In this document: piece after piece, positions 26,660 to 41,078 of the stretch
Position numbering within the stretch: the stretch's first letter is position 1
How the letters are laid out: every line of letters starts with the position of its first letter
Assembly (NCBI GenBank): GCA_050084985.1
Contig: JBITNC010000001.1
Coordinates: forward strand, 188,418,001-188,482,000
Direction: 5' to 3'
Source of the DNA: Nageia nagi
Lineage: Eukaryota > Plantae > Pinophyta
Length of the DNA stretch: 64,000 nucleotides
Made by a program: the position numbers and the translations under genes
Notes under the pieces: generated by a model
Told to the model about the DNA's origin: nothing
The model's input: only the letters and a program-made list of their open reading frames with translations
Database searches by the model: none

Positions 26660-29575
26660 AATATCAAGGTCTAGTGGCTTGGCCCATGAACAGTACAAGA
26701 CAGCTGAGACTAAGCTATACATGCTAACCATATAGCATAATAATCTCTTCACCTCACAATTCAAAATCAGCCTCTTCATGTCACGATCAAAGAGCACTTG
26801 TCACCAAATACAATCTAGACAACCCCTCTACCTCACAGTTGGAAGAAGCTCATAACTTGTTTAGGAACTTCTCCAATAGCCCAAGGGGTCTAGGCTAACA
26901 AAAGCCTTCAAGCCAATCAGTCCCATCAATCGTCAATATCAGACCCATGTTATTTGTGCACCAATCCCTTTCACAAACTACACTTGCAACACCTTCCTTG
27001 TTCACTCTTCATTTCCAGTAACTCCACCTACCATCCAATATTCATATGTTACAACATATATTAATAATCACGTCCATTTCGCTCATTTCTTTGGGACTTG
27101 GCAAAAGTAAATTAACAAATTTAAGACTATTAACATATTCCTCTTCATTCTTGCATTTTAATATGTTGGGAAATTAGCTGTATAAAAGAAAAAGCAAAAT
27201 GGTTTCAGAGCACATAGCCAACAGACTCATGAACGCTACTGGGAAGTTTGTTATGCTTGTTAATTATAATTAAGCACAAGGACAAAAAGTTTTTATTGTG
27301 GTGATACTTCAAGATCACTAAAATTCAGTTACATAACTTCCAAGATTTGGGAGCACTGGTCCTGTCGTTGATGTGGTCCACTTGGAAAGACTTGGTTTTA
27401 ACTTGCATGAAGATTAGAACTATGCAGTAGAGAAGTCTAGCGCAGAAGGAAAAACAATCAACAACAACAATTTCATAATTAATACATTGCTTCAACAAAG
27501 TGGCAATCTTCATACTTTGAAGAAAAGATTAAAGAAAAAGAAGCACCAATACACTTCCCGAACATGTCTCAATGTGCTTTGGCTGTGTAAAACCCAATAC
27601 CTGATTGAGACAACAGATTCCTCACTATATTTCAGAAGACTTTGTGACATTTCACCCTAAATCCTAGTACAGCATTTCAACCTCAATCTGATGGCCAAAC
27701 TAAAGCAGTAAATTTGACACTAATGCACTTCATAAAAGGTTCAACATAAAGCATCCCAAAACTTGGATGACAATCTCCACATGTGCAGCATAGTTAACGA
27801 GAGCAAAACATTTGTAAACCATAAATCATCATTGAAACTTGTTTGGACATTTTGCTACAAACCCCATCTTATTTGACTTTTCATGGAGATAAGGATGTAA
27901 TTCATTAACTGTGACTTGGCTAAAGCCCTTCAATTGTGAAAGAATCCACATACAAGCTGAGTGCAGCATGATTGGAGCAAGCACAAGCTGAATAGAAAAC
28001 ACTGAATGATAAGAACACCTCATCATTTGAAGGTCAGCATCATGGTCTGCCTATACCACTAAAATATGACCATTTAAATAATTGATAGATACACTACAGA
28101 TATTTCTGGATTCTTCTACAAATGGAGGGAAATGATTTTAAAGTAGACTACTGGATTATATAAATATATATTCACTTGTTGATATCTTAAAATCTTTGAA
28201 CTGTCAATGTTGGATAAGAAGGATTTCCCCTTGTGCTGAACAACTAATTACATCTATAGAAAATGCAAAGCTGAATGTTCCACACAAGCCTCACCTAGAA
28301 GAAAATAAGAAGCTGGTTCCTCATCTTAAGAGTTCCAAAAGATACCCAGGGCTGTTCAAGAAAGAAAGATTGGTGCTTTGCAAGCTAGGTTGAACAAAAT
28401 TCAGAATCATAAATGAACCTGAATCTCTTAGAAGTGAGAAACATAATTAACTTGTGCATGAAATGTCTTCATAATATATGAAGGAAACAGTTCGCAAGGT
28501 TGATAGTTTCCAACAATCTAAGGGTAGGTTTGATCAGCTAAATTTAGAAATAGAAGCCCAATTCTATGAGATCTGTGACATGTACGCAAAGTTGTTCAAC
28601 TGTGCTCCCAATCCAATTCTTGCTCTTTTCTTCCCAATGTATGAAGAAAGCAGGTAGAGAAGAAGATAATGAATCTGAAAAGGACAGAATGAGTTACAAT
28701 CATGACAGACAGCTACTCAAGCAAACCCACCATTTGAAAGTGAACTAGAAAAACTGGCATTGCTGTGATAAAGTTCAAGAATTTCTACAAGAATTAAAGC
28801 AATCTAAGTTTTCCCTTTTTGTCAGTCAGTATTATTTCAAATCTATACCTTCTGGTATGAACTGAAAGAAATCACCACAAGGACAATATGAAATAATTAG
28901 GGTTAGATGATCACTACTTTGAAAAGCATGGAAGCCATGTCCAATGAAAAAGAAGAAATTGTGTGATTTCTGCATTCGTTGATAGTGACAATAGGTTCCA
29001 AAGATTGAAAATGGTACATCAATCGAGAAAATTCATATGCAAGCCAACCTAATTAGAAGATAGCATACTATCAAATAGAATTACAATCGAAATTGATAGT
29101 AAACTTCACTAAATAACCACAACACATATGTACAGACTTTATTTGATTTTTCTGCACCAGTCATAACCATATAATTACGTGATAATACACTTAACACAAT
29201 TTTGATTGCCTACAATATTCTCAAATAGTAATTTCAATGCAGTTGCCTATCAGGAATGCAAAATACCTTATATTTACAGTTTAGATTCGTTCTCATCAGG
29301 TGGGAATTTCTTGTGTTGGAGGACAATCCACACCCTTGGAAAAAATATACTCCAGGAAGAGGATCAGTGGCTCAGTAGTAGCATGAGGTTCTGGCTTCGT
29401 GCCCAGTTGATTCGTGGAGTCTGGCATTTGGTTCATGGAAAAGACATTCTTTGTCCCTTAATCTTATCCTAAGGCAAGGTAACTCAAAACTTCGAAAAGG
29501 GTACGCTCTATTTGCTATTGAAGTTCCAAATTTCATATCACATATTTCATAAGAGTGAATAAACAATATATTCAC

Positions 29576-30108
29576 CTGTAGCAGGGCAGTCCGATGAATG
29601 TGCGGAGAAGTCCATCGAGCTGCAAATCACATCCTTTTCGGGTGATGTCTATGGATATTTGAAGGGGAGTTCCACTGCAGTAATTATTATCTTCCTTTTC
29701 CTTTTGGTGTCGGGGTGGTACTACGAGTCGAATGCCCATTGTAGAAGCCGTGGATTTTGATAATTCGGAGGATAACTTAGAGAGGCCCAGCCTTTCCAGA
29801 GTAGTGGAGAACTCCAAATGGGTTTGAGAGGCGCTACGCCTGTAGACGATGGCACCTTCCCAAGGACACTCATTTTCTCCAATTCCTTTGTGTTTTTCAT
29901 TCTCGGACTCTTCAAAATAGGATGCTCTTCTGTATTGGGCACATACAATGCTCTGTCTTCTCCATGTTTTCCTCACAACACGGAGGTTACTACTCGCATT
30001 TGAAGATACACAAGGAAGGCGAGAGCGTTTGGTAAGAGCAGGCGGAGGAAGAAGCAGATTGGATTGAGCAATGGAAGCTCCCAAGGAGGGGGAGATGCAG
30101 TAGTTCAT
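29576..30108 (-). CDS. YCED1: DUF177/YceD chloroplast protein, exon 1 (transit peptide and N-terminal domain)
   Basis: Ser/Arg-rich transit-peptide-like N-terminus, then PWEGAIVYRR..TTLERLGL..GTPLQISID..LDGLLRT, as recalled for plant DUF177A. Confidence 0.9.
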
Positions 30109-30140
30109 CTTGCATTCCTTTTATTAAATGTAAGACAATC

Positions 30141-30148
30141 TATTTATA
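30141..30148 (-). promoter_or_regulatory. Candidate TATA box of the YCED1-like gene
   Basis: TATAAATA on the minus strand, 33-40 nt upstream of the ATG; the region is AT-rich so specificity is low. Confidence 0.35.
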
Positions 30149-31399
30149 AACCAAAAGAGAATGCTTCTAGGAATGATATTAACAATTTGTATGTATGGTT
30201 GTCAATACATCATAAGCAATAACTCTTAAAAATATTAAAAATAAATAAATTAATTGAGTTTGATCTTGAGATCACGGAGCAGTAAGTAGATAATTTTTAT
30301 TTATTATTTTAAAGTTAGATTTATCAACATTTTTAAAGGTATTGGAAATTTGGTAGTGTTGAGTTACTTATATACAATCTAAGTTTAAATAAGTGGAATT
30401 GGTTTCCACCATGTCTTTTCAAGAACTTACATGAGATTATTTTTTACAACCATAATGTTGTTAATGAGATTAATACAATTCCACTTTTCATAAAAGCATA
30501 TGTAGATTCAAGCCTAAGGAATAGTTTCATGATTGACATCGGATCTCAACTTAATGTATGTAACAAATTTTTCTCTTAATTATTGGTAATACTAGAGAAG
30601 ATTATGAAAGAGATAATATGCAAAATATTATTAAGAATGTTATCAATTCTATTCTATTTAGAATTTTGTTCGAGCTTAAGTGTATATACAAAAATGCACA
30701 CATGTTAATATTTAACCATAACAATTCATATTTCATGCATACATTAAGTTCTAAAAGAATTATAGGCTTAAGATGTTGTAAAATTGCCAAAATGGTATAT
30801 GTCTATTAGGCAATGAATTATTATGAGGTTGATATGTTATTTAGTTGAATTTGTTCTTGTTTATAACTTACCCACTTAAAATGTGCCAAAAATTAGATTA
30901 TTTGAACTGATAATTTATTTTTCAATTTTCTAACCTTATGATTTTCTCTCTTTCATCTTCAAAACCAAGTTACAAAGGAGTCAACCTTCTTTAGAGATTG
31001 ATTCAATTCAATGTCAAATCATTTGATGTCATCATAGTTAAGTATACATATTATTACATTAGGTTGATCAACAATGTATCTTTATAACATACATAATGGG
31101 AATAAAAAGCATCTTGTTATATTGATTATACAATCCTAATCAATCTTATTAGTGAATCCATCATCATTTGCAAATACAAAAGTCTATGCTTATAATCTTT
31201 GAAGCTAAAATATTGAAAAAACTCCCATAGTTCTTTATGTTACTTGAGCCCACTTCTAAATGTTAAAGAAAAATCATGCCTCTATTACTCATTAGATATA
31301 ATCTTGTTCAAAATCTTATACCTCTACAAGTTGTTCATTTGAATCCATATCCATTTCAAATCATGATAAATCAAATTCCCATAATATATCCCAACTAAT

Positions 31400-31581
31400 A
31401 TAGTGTTGGACCTCTAAATATTCAAAACCCTCATGATATATTGGAATTTTTATTTAAGTACATTGGAAGTAGAAAAAGGTATATGAACACTACCAATATG
31501 TGGCTTCTCTTGAAATAATCTACAACACCACATATGAGGATGTGATGTTAAGATTCCTTACCCTATCTTTCAAGGGCAAGG
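31400..31581 (+). pseudogene. Gypsy gag fragment
   Basis: YEDVMLRFLTLSFKGK resembles a retrotransposon gag motif; cut by the LTR starting at 31582. Confidence 0.4.
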
Positions 31582-33941
31582 TGTAAGTGTACTAAAAATT
31601 GAATTTAGTCAATCAATAATATTTATTTTTAATAATCAAATAATAAGTAAAATAGGTAGATTTATCTCAATTTAGATTCTGAATAATGAAATACAATATG
31701 ACTTAAACATTATCAAATATGAATGTAAATGTAACACAAACATATCATTTTTACCTAATGTGATGAAACTAAGTTATATTTGAACTAAATAAGATTGTGA
31801 TAACCTTAATTCTCATGAAATTTGGAATGTTATTATTATTAAATTATTGTGCATCGATGCACAATGCATAAACATCATGAAACATCATATGAGTTTTCCT
31901 CGACAATATCATCCAAAATCATAATATTTTTGTAAAACAACTTATGACAATATCATATCTAATAAGGGAAATGAAAGTATGAAGGTGATGATAGAAATAG
32001 GATGTAAAATCCAAACTTGATAGGTGGTGATGAGAATCATTGGTCATATATTATAATAAGAATTATGAAACATGTGTAATATGTTATGTCGAAATTGATT
32101 TCTTAATTAGACATTTCTTATTTTATAAATAAGCTCATCCCTTGGCCTAGACATCTCCCTCAGCACTCCTTGGACCTTGTAACATAAAAGAAAAACATAA
32201 GGTGAGACATGATATATTGAATTGATTCCTCAAATATATCAATAAATATCACAAATGAATTATTTAATTTAGATACCTAAAATATCATTTTTAGTAAAAT
32301 AAAAAATAAATTTAAGTGTTTGCAAATGCCCCCCTTTGGGTATCTAGTGATGGAACCGACAACGTAATCCAAAGAAAAAAGATAGGAAGAAAACATAGTA
32401 CTTCCTTAATATAATCAACATGGTCATAGCATGGAGTTCCATGTTTTTATGCTTCTCTCTTGCTTCATTTTTGACTTAGTTATCATATAAAACTTTTATG
32501 AATGGAGGGACCTAAAGCAAAAATGAAGAGACCTAAAATAGTCACATAAGAAAACACAACAAAGATCTCATAGAATAATCAATGTTAGCTCAAGATGCAT
32601 CATATATAATCATCATAATATATAAACAAATAATCAATAATTTCTTATGACCCTAAATGAGGGATTTGATTTCTTATGAACCTAAGAAAGAAAGGGATTC
32701 AACTACTTATGACTCCAAGAAATAAAGGGATTCAATTGCTTATTACCCTTTAAGCAAGAAAAGGACTCAATTACTTATAATCATAAGCAAGAAAGGGATA
32801 TATCATTGCAAAATATAATTGACTTATTACGAAATACTTTAAAAGTAAATGAATTTAAAATATTGAGTATAAGAAAATATACTTGTACTAACCTTTGATG
32901 AGTATCACTTCAAATATTTTCTTCAAAATTTTCATACAAAAATCTTGAATTATTATACTAGAGAGTGTTAATGAATAATCCAAAAAAATTGAGGAGAAAA
33001 TCCTCCCATAATTTATACAACATTGCATTGCTTCTAAAGAAATTTACCCTTATAACTTTATATCATAATCGAAAGGAACATTTGAAACTTTTGTCCAAGT
33101 TTCATTCTACTCCGTTGGAATCAAATGGAAAAAAGAGATATTAATATATATTTACCAAATCGAATGGAACCATTTTCTTCTTTTGAGTTATTTTTCTATT
33201 TTTTTCTTACTAGAAGATGATAAACATTTGAAATTAAGAACTACAAAATACTACTAAATTATATTGTATTTTCTTTTTTTGAAAAATATCCCAAAATCCA
33301 TGTGATAATACATGAAAACTGGGGGCAACATTAGCTAAAACTTTATGAGACAAACATTGATATCTTCTTAAAATTGAATCTAAAACTAAAATAATCCAAA
33401 TCTAGATAAGAATAATTGAAAAATGATTGAACCAATATGTTACACATAAAACCTCTTTAGATACAAGATATTAATTGATATCTTTTCTTCTTTCCTTCAA
33501 GGTAACCAACTTATATTACCCCAAGCCATATTTTACCACAAGAATGTAAGGACCAATTCAATTTAGTTCAAACTACCCTTTGTTTTCTTTTTAAATTACT
33601 TTTATCTTTAATTGATTATCTTTGAGGACCAAATCTCCAACTTTAAAATTCTTATGCTCTATTTTCTTGTTATAGACTCTTATCATTATATTTTGATGTA
33701 TTCACAAATACTCCAAAGAATTAACTCTTTTTTCATCCAATGCCTCTAATTTTTCCAATCTAACTTTTCTTTTTGCTTCTTTTGGAATGATGTCTTTCAA
33801 ATAAACTCTTAAAGAAGGAAATTATAACTCCGATGGTAAAATAATCTCATCACCATAGATAAGGGAAAAGGTTGTAGCATAAGTATTTTTGAATTAATGC
33901 TAGTCTTATATGTCCAAAGAGCATATGGGAATTTAACTATG
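31582..33941 (-). mobile_element. 3' part of a Tat-like Gypsy: probable 3' LTR (31582-32324), PPT, 3' UTR and integrase C-terminus
   Basis: PPT AAAGGGGGGC at about 32328-32337 on the minus strand; PYALWTYKTS..FSLIYGDEIILP integrase motif at about 33600-33935. Confidence 0.55.
32640..32800. repeat. Degenerate ~33-bp tandem repeat in the Gypsy 3' UTR
   Basis: CTTATGA..AAG..AAAGGGATTCAA repeated about 5 times. Confidence 0.6.
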
Positions 33942-36900
33942 TGATTGGAGTTTTTAGGGTGTGTATTTAAGCTCTCCTAATGAACATCTCATTGTGTCTG
34001 ACCCTTAGGAATGATCAATATTATGAGATTCAAATTTTGCACCTTTCATCAAGAGAGAAACTCCTTATAATGTCAATCCAAGATCGTAGAGATTTTATGC
34101 TAAAGCTCATGCTATATACACCCATTTATAAAGAGATCTAGTTCTACAGAAAGCATGAAATTGCATAAAATAAATCCTACTCTAAATATAGCAAATGGGT
34201 GATAGATCCTTCCTCTTTATACAAACAAGGGGATCCTTCCTTGTTGCATTAAGAGGAGATCATCATCCCCTTTACAATAACTCAAGAAAGAACCAGAACA
34301 AATGGAGATGCAAGTAATTTTATTTAAAAAATAGAATTCACAATAAGTTTCCCTTACATCCTCTTCTCTTCTACTCCTCTCATTCATGGATGAGAGAAAA
34401 GAGTATATTTTATTCTAAAATATAACTATTTATATTATTACCCTATTATTGGTTATCCCAAATACCAAATAAATCTCTAAGACCCTAAAATCAAGGCATA
34501 TGGTTGTATTCAATAATATCAAAGATTTTTGGTGTCTAATTCCAACAAAGAATATCTTATATGATTATTACAACTATCAACCCATAAATAATCTTATTAC
34601 AACATAGCACAAAGAATGTTATTAACTCATCAATTTATTCCATAGTTGATGTTGTAGTTGTATATGCTTAGTTGGTTGAGTTTAACTTTTCTTGAATCTA
34701 CTCTTGTAGACATGTTCCTGTAGGTGACTATTTTGTAGTCATCCCTATAATGATTGTATTTGGAAACATCCCTATAATCATTGTATTTGCAAACATCCTT
34801 ATAATTTTGCAGATATCCCTATAATCATTGTATTTGCAAACATCCTTGTAATTTTGCAGATATCCCTATAATCAGTGTGTTCTATACACATCCTTGTAAT
34901 TCTATAGACATCCTTGTAATCATGTGTTCTATAGACATTTTCCTAAAATCTGTATTCTATAGATGCTTCTAAATTAGACTGTAAATACTCCTATAACATA
35001 CTTTTATAGCAAACTATAGATATTCTTGTAGCACTTCCAATTACTACAATATCAACCTTATACTTCTTTATCCTTATGTTTTTGAGTTTATTAAGACCTA
35101 AAAAGTAATTATCGAGCCCATAATTACTCCTTTACTCATTATTCATATAACATCAATAATGCAAGTAAATATCACAATACACACTCATAATGTTGTAAAT
35201 AAAGCTCTTTAATTCATATTGATGAGGCCAAAAATAGGATTCATCATCTATCCCCTCTTGAAGATGTTGTTGGTCCCTTCAACAACAAAGTGTTTCTACC
35301 TTCAAGATATCCTTTGATGTTGTCTTTCCTAAAATCAAATGCTTTTGAACATCTTATTTATTCTATTGTACCTGCATCACCAAGTTGCCCATAAGGTTTT
35401 TCAACTTGATGCTTCATTAGATTACCATTTTTGGTTTTCAATCTAATGGATTTTTTTAACCTTTTTTTCATAATAAGAAGATCGTAATAAATTATAGCTA
35501 ATGTGACTATATTTTGATCAAAAGCATCAAGATGATACTTGAATGTATTTATGGATAAAAGTAAATCATCAATTTACCATATCCCATATTGTGCAACACC
35601 AAACCTTATCAACATTATGATATGCTTTATTACCTCTTTTTGGTTAATGCATGATTGCATGTATACTTGAGATGCTCCTACATTAAACACCTCAAGTAAA
35701 AGAATTTCCAATTTCTTATCAATATCAAATTATCCTATAGTCCTCCATTGTGGTTTTGTTACCTGAAGTAATTGTTATCCTATAGAAAGCAATTATGTAG
35801 AATGTCCTACAACATATTTGTAGAAGTATTGTAATAGATCTATAGAAGCACCTATAATAGATTTGCAATGTACAAAACTAATAGACTTACAAAAGCTTCT
35901 GTAACAATTTTGTAGAAATACTTATTATACCTATAGAAATAACCAACCATGTGATTGCAACAATAATTGTAAAATGCTACTAATATCCAACCTACGTACA
36001 TCTATGGAATGGAGAAATACGGTTGAAGTAAATAGGTAAGTCTCATAGCTCGAGGGAAAGCTATAAACTCTCCAAAAGTTGGATCCCTCAATCCAAATTT
36101 GGCTTCTATATATATCCTTTATTGCAGTGAACATTAGTAACCATAATTCCTTGTGTAGAATTTGTAATACTAGAATGATAAACACAAATAGTGTCCCCGC
36201 CCCCCAACTAAGATGTCACTGGTTCCATAGTGATATAAAAATAGTATCATAAAAGGAATGATATATGCATCACCCAATAGTATGTGACTAATCATGAAGA
36301 CTCATAATAAAATTCATATTATGATAATGGATTATTCACACTAGAAATCATAGAAATTCTAAAAGCTACAATTTGGTAGAGGGACAAGAGTTGAAGTAGA
36401 TAAGTTTTTCATATCTACCTGCAAAGATATAAAATAGTAAATATTATTGAGTAGTACCTCTTATATTCATCAATCCTTTCTCCATTTTTTTTGTAATCCT
36501 TGTAGCTATATATTGTAACAATTTCTCATGGATTGATCTCCATCTCTACAACATAGAATTCCTCCTCTAGACATGAACAATTATTGGTAGTTGCTCATGT
36601 GAGCAACATTTTACTTGTAATGGTGGTTATGAATAGATGTAGGAGTTATTTAAAATGGTATGATATGAAGTTAATGATATAAAATGGATTATTAGTAGAT
36701 GGAATGGGTGTGTGGAGTGAAGAAGTTGAAAGTGGTATAGATGGTGGAATAGTGGAGGTTCAACTGGAGATAAAAAAACTATAAAGAGGTATAAATGATA
36801 GAAGTGTGAATATGTATATGGAGGTAAAGTGAGTAAGAAAGAAAAATCATTGAGAAGAGTTGCAAGCACATTGTCATTCACCTATTCTAAAAATAAACAT

Positions 36901-39900
36901 GTTATGAAAATTATCATTGCAACATAAATATATACAATATTCATCCAAGTTTACAAAATAATCATTTTTCATAAGTGCAGTCTTCTTGAGAATGTATGTA
37001 ACAAATCAATTTCTACTATCATGTACATGCAAATCAGATACGATAACTTTCCCTTCAAGGTCTACAACAACTATTAGATTTTCTATAATATAATAATTAA
37101 TGGAAGAAGAAAATTTATAGCATATTCTTCTTCCTAAAATCATAATTATAAGAAAAATAGATTCAAAAGTTTAGTTTTTGAGACTTATAATTATACACAA
37201 ATCATTATCATGGATATTGATTTGTTCTACTAAAGATGAGCTTTTTGAAATGTCTCCATGATAGTTCACTTGAATGCTCATACTAGAGATTTTATAGTCA
37301 TAAGATTAAGAAGCTAATTGTTCAAACATTTATAAATATAAAAAGTTTGCTTCTATATTTTATTTCATGAATCTAGTGGATGAAAAATTAAAATATGTAC
37401 TAAAGATAACTTGCATGAAGAATGTAATGCATAAAAGATAATGAAATGATACCCTTTTTACTATTGTCTTTGAAAGGCTTTTGTGGAGTGCGATGGATGC
37501 CAAAATTATGAAGAGTGATGAAATAAAAGTTATGATACAATATTTATGAGTCAATTATTTCATTATAATAGTGTTCATAACTCAAATTTCACACAATGTT
37601 TAACTTTCTCATCCAATATCATAGTTAAGTTAATAAACAACATGATTTTCCAAAGTTGCAAACTCTAGAAAAATAAATTTCTCCATTAACCATAACTCTT
37701 GCAAACAATTCTAAGATCAAATTAAAATAAAATATGTAAAAATAAGTTTTAAATATTATCTTATACATTATATTCAACTTGTAAATCATCCCTCAAATTA
37801 AACCAATCTGCTGCAAAAATTTCTATTATGGATGACTTGGCCAACAGAACAACCTAGACCAAGTGGTAGTGTAGAAGTCATAACATTTCCATATAAGTTA
37901 AAATGCTATGATTTAAAATATTTTGGAAATTATTATTCAATCAATATTCACATTACAAACATAACTTTTCCATAAATTTGGTTCACATTGCAAAATTGTA
38001 ATCAAAATGACTCAATGTTTATATGTTTCACAATTTGCAATCTCAAAAAAGCATAAACAATTCTGACTATATCTTTTATTTCCCATATCAAAATATAAAT
38101 TGTAATATTATTTAGGTATTATATTCTAACATGTTTATTTAACAAAAAAATTGTTTCTTGAATCATGCAATTGGTTCCTTAAATATATCTTGAAATAACC
38201 TTTTCTATAACTAATTTTGTCATTTGTATTACAAAACCCATGTTACTATTTCATGTGTAACTTATTCATTTTAAAATGAAATTAAAAAGTTCTAATTGAA
38301 GATGAAACTAGACTTGGAGAGATATCTTCCATATAAATAGAATTAACTAAAACAACCATTTTATACTTCAAATTTGTTGTGCAACAATCAACTGTAATGT
38401 TATTTTTATATTTCTTAACTTGGACATCTAGTCATTATTTTGGGTATATCTCCTTCGTTTGGTTACGAAATGATATGATTCAAATTTCAAAATGGACTAT
38501 ACATAGAGAGGTATCTCTCATATAAACAAGTTTAGAAAATAAGTTTGTTTGGTATTCAAATTTTGAGATGGAAAATTCTATTATATAGAATTTTTGCATT
38601 TTACAATTTAGACCCCTAGTCACTAGTTTTAGCGTATCTTTTTCATATTATATCCAAATCACCTTATTCAAATTCGATAATTTTATAGAAAAAGAGAGAT
38701 ATCTACCATATAAATATGTTTAGAAAATCATATCATTTGGTATCCCATTTTTATGATAGAAAATATTTTTATACATAAAGTTATGCATTTTCCAAAAAGT
38801 ATAAATTTAACTTTTCTTAGGTTGAATATCAAGAAGATTATAAATCCAAATGAGATAAATTAGTAACCCTTGAGAACTTGGAATATAGGGCTATTAAAAT
38901 ACCATATATTACTTAATTACATCATGCAAAACCATATATAAACCAAAGGTTTAAAAATCCCAACTTGTCATTTTTGACTATTATGAAATTTGAGACAGTC
39001 AAATAGCCTAAAGTGTAATTTTGTAAAAATGAAATTAAAAATATTATAACACTTGAGATATATGAAAAGTTCCATGGAAAATATAACATTTAGCTCCATC
39101 CTTATACCAAATATGATCAATAATCAATATGATTAACCTGGAAAATTTAGAGCTCAAGATCTTTGAAAAAAAGTATTTTTGGATTTTTATTGAAGAAACA
39201 ACTATAAATAATATATTTAGGATATCTTCTTTATAGAGAATAAATAATATTCCAACCATACATGCATAAACATATTTTTTAGCTATAGATTTACAAAATA
39301 AATAAAAATTGTATAGATCATGGTAAATCCATAAGGATCAATTCATTTTTGTAATGATATTTTCAATTTTCTAATAGTGGGGGGATCACTATTAAAAATT
39401 ATAAATCTATTGCAATAAAATAAACTATAGAATACCTAGATAAGAAAAATAACATGTGAAAGAAATTATGAAGAAAACATTAAAAATAACAAAAATACAC
39501 CAAACAAAAATTTCAAATCAAACCAGCTAAAAATGGAATCCAAAAATTAAATTATAAAATAAAAATAAATATACCTGAGTCTCTCCCAATCATCATCTTG
39601 CTGGAAAGGGTTGGATCTTCCATGGATTTTTCATGCATTAGATTCATACTCCATTACATATCAAATTAGATTTGTATCAAATTTTGTTGAAGAAATTATA
39701 TAACATGCATGTAATATTCCCCAATATTATTTCTAGTCTTCAATCCTCTAGCCAAAAATCGAACTCTAAATGGTGCCCTAACTTCCCCAAAAACTATGCC
39801 AAAATGATGGGAGTTTTTAGGGTGTATCTTTAAGCTCTCCTAATGAACATATCATTATGTTTGACTCTTAAGAATGATCAATATGATGAGATTCCAATTT

Positions 39901-41078
39901 TGCACCTTTCATCAAGAGAGAAATTCCTTCTAATGTTAATACGAGATCATATAGATTTTGTGCTAAATCTTATGCTATATACACCTATTTACAAAGAGGT
40001 TTAGTTATATGGAAAATTTGAAATTGCATAAAATAAATCCTACTCTACATCTAGCTAACAGGCGATGGATCCTTTCTCTTTATACAAACAAGGGGATCCT
40101 TTCTTGTTGCATTAAGAGGAGATCGCCATCCCCTTTCCAATAACTAAAGGAAGAACCAAAACAAATGAAGATGCAAGTAATTTTATTTAAAAAATGGAGT
40201 ACACAATAATTTTCCCTTACATCTTCTTCTCTTCTACTCCTCTCCTTCACGAATGAGAGAAAAGAGTATATTTTATTCTAAAATATAACTACTTCTATTA
40301 TTACCCTATTGTTGGTTATCCTAAATACCAAATAAATCTCTAATATCCTAAAATCAAGGCATATGGTTGTAGTCAATAACCATCCAAGATTCTTGGTGTC
40401 TACTTCCAACCAAGAATATCTTATATGATTATTACAACTAGCAACCCATAAATAAACTTATTACAACATAACACAAAGAATATTATTGATTAATCAATTG
40501 ATTCTATAGTTGATGTTGTAGTTGGATATGCTTAGTTGGTTGAGTTTAACTTTTCTTGAATCTGCTAATGCAGATGTGTTCCTATAGGTGACTATATTTT
40601 ACAATCATCCCTATAATCATTGTATTTATGGATTTCCTTGTAATCATTGTATTTGTAGATATCTCTGTAATCACTATATTTGTAGACATCCTTGTAATTC
40701 TACAAATATCCCTATAATCACTATGTTCTGTAGACATCCCTATAATCACTATGTTTTGTAGATATTTTCTTGTAACTTGTATTATGTAGATGCTCCTAAA
40801 TTAGACTTCAAATACTCCTGTAGTAGACTCTTGTAGCAAACTGTAGATATTCCTGTAGCACTTCCATAAACTACAATATCAATGTTATACTTCTTTATCC
40901 TTGTGCTTTATTTTGTAGTTTACTAAGTCCTCAAAAGTAATTCTTGAGTCCTTAATTACTGCTTTACTCATTATTCACATAATATCAATAATGCAAGTAA
41001 ATATCACAATACACACTTGTAATTTTGTAAATAAATCTCTTTAATACTCATTGATGAGGCCAAAAATAAGACTCATCA
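33942..41078 (-). mobile_element. Non-coding (LARD-like, possibly Athila-derived) LTR element with ~1.3-kb LTRs
   Basis: Direct repeats 33942-35246 and 39805-41078 (TG..CA); PPT AAGAGGGGATAGA at 35247-35260 on the minus strand; degenerate PBS TGGCATAG..GGGGA; no recognisable ORFs; no clean TSD. Confidence 0.8.
34740..34960. repeat. Short tandem repeats inside the LTR (second copy at about 40605-40790)
   Basis: CATCCCTATAATCATTGTATTTG-type units with different arrangement in the two LTRs. Confidence 0.7.

Larger units (their letters stand above)
10451..29575 (-). other. 19,125-bp GT-AG intron of the YCED1-like gene, TE-rich
   Basis: Donor AG|GTGAAT at 29575 and acceptor CAG at 10451; joining gives LPCYR-CGEP (CxxC) and a 939-nt CDS. 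Confidence 0.85.

Noticed and set aside
26780-27100. LINE endonuclease remnant
   Set aside because: Only a faint WMVGG similarity; too degraded to support
17432-29576. YCED1 exon 1 spliced to the hAT transposase as a fusion protein
   Set aside because: The acceptor at 17441 is out of frame with the phase-2 donor, and the transposase has premature stops
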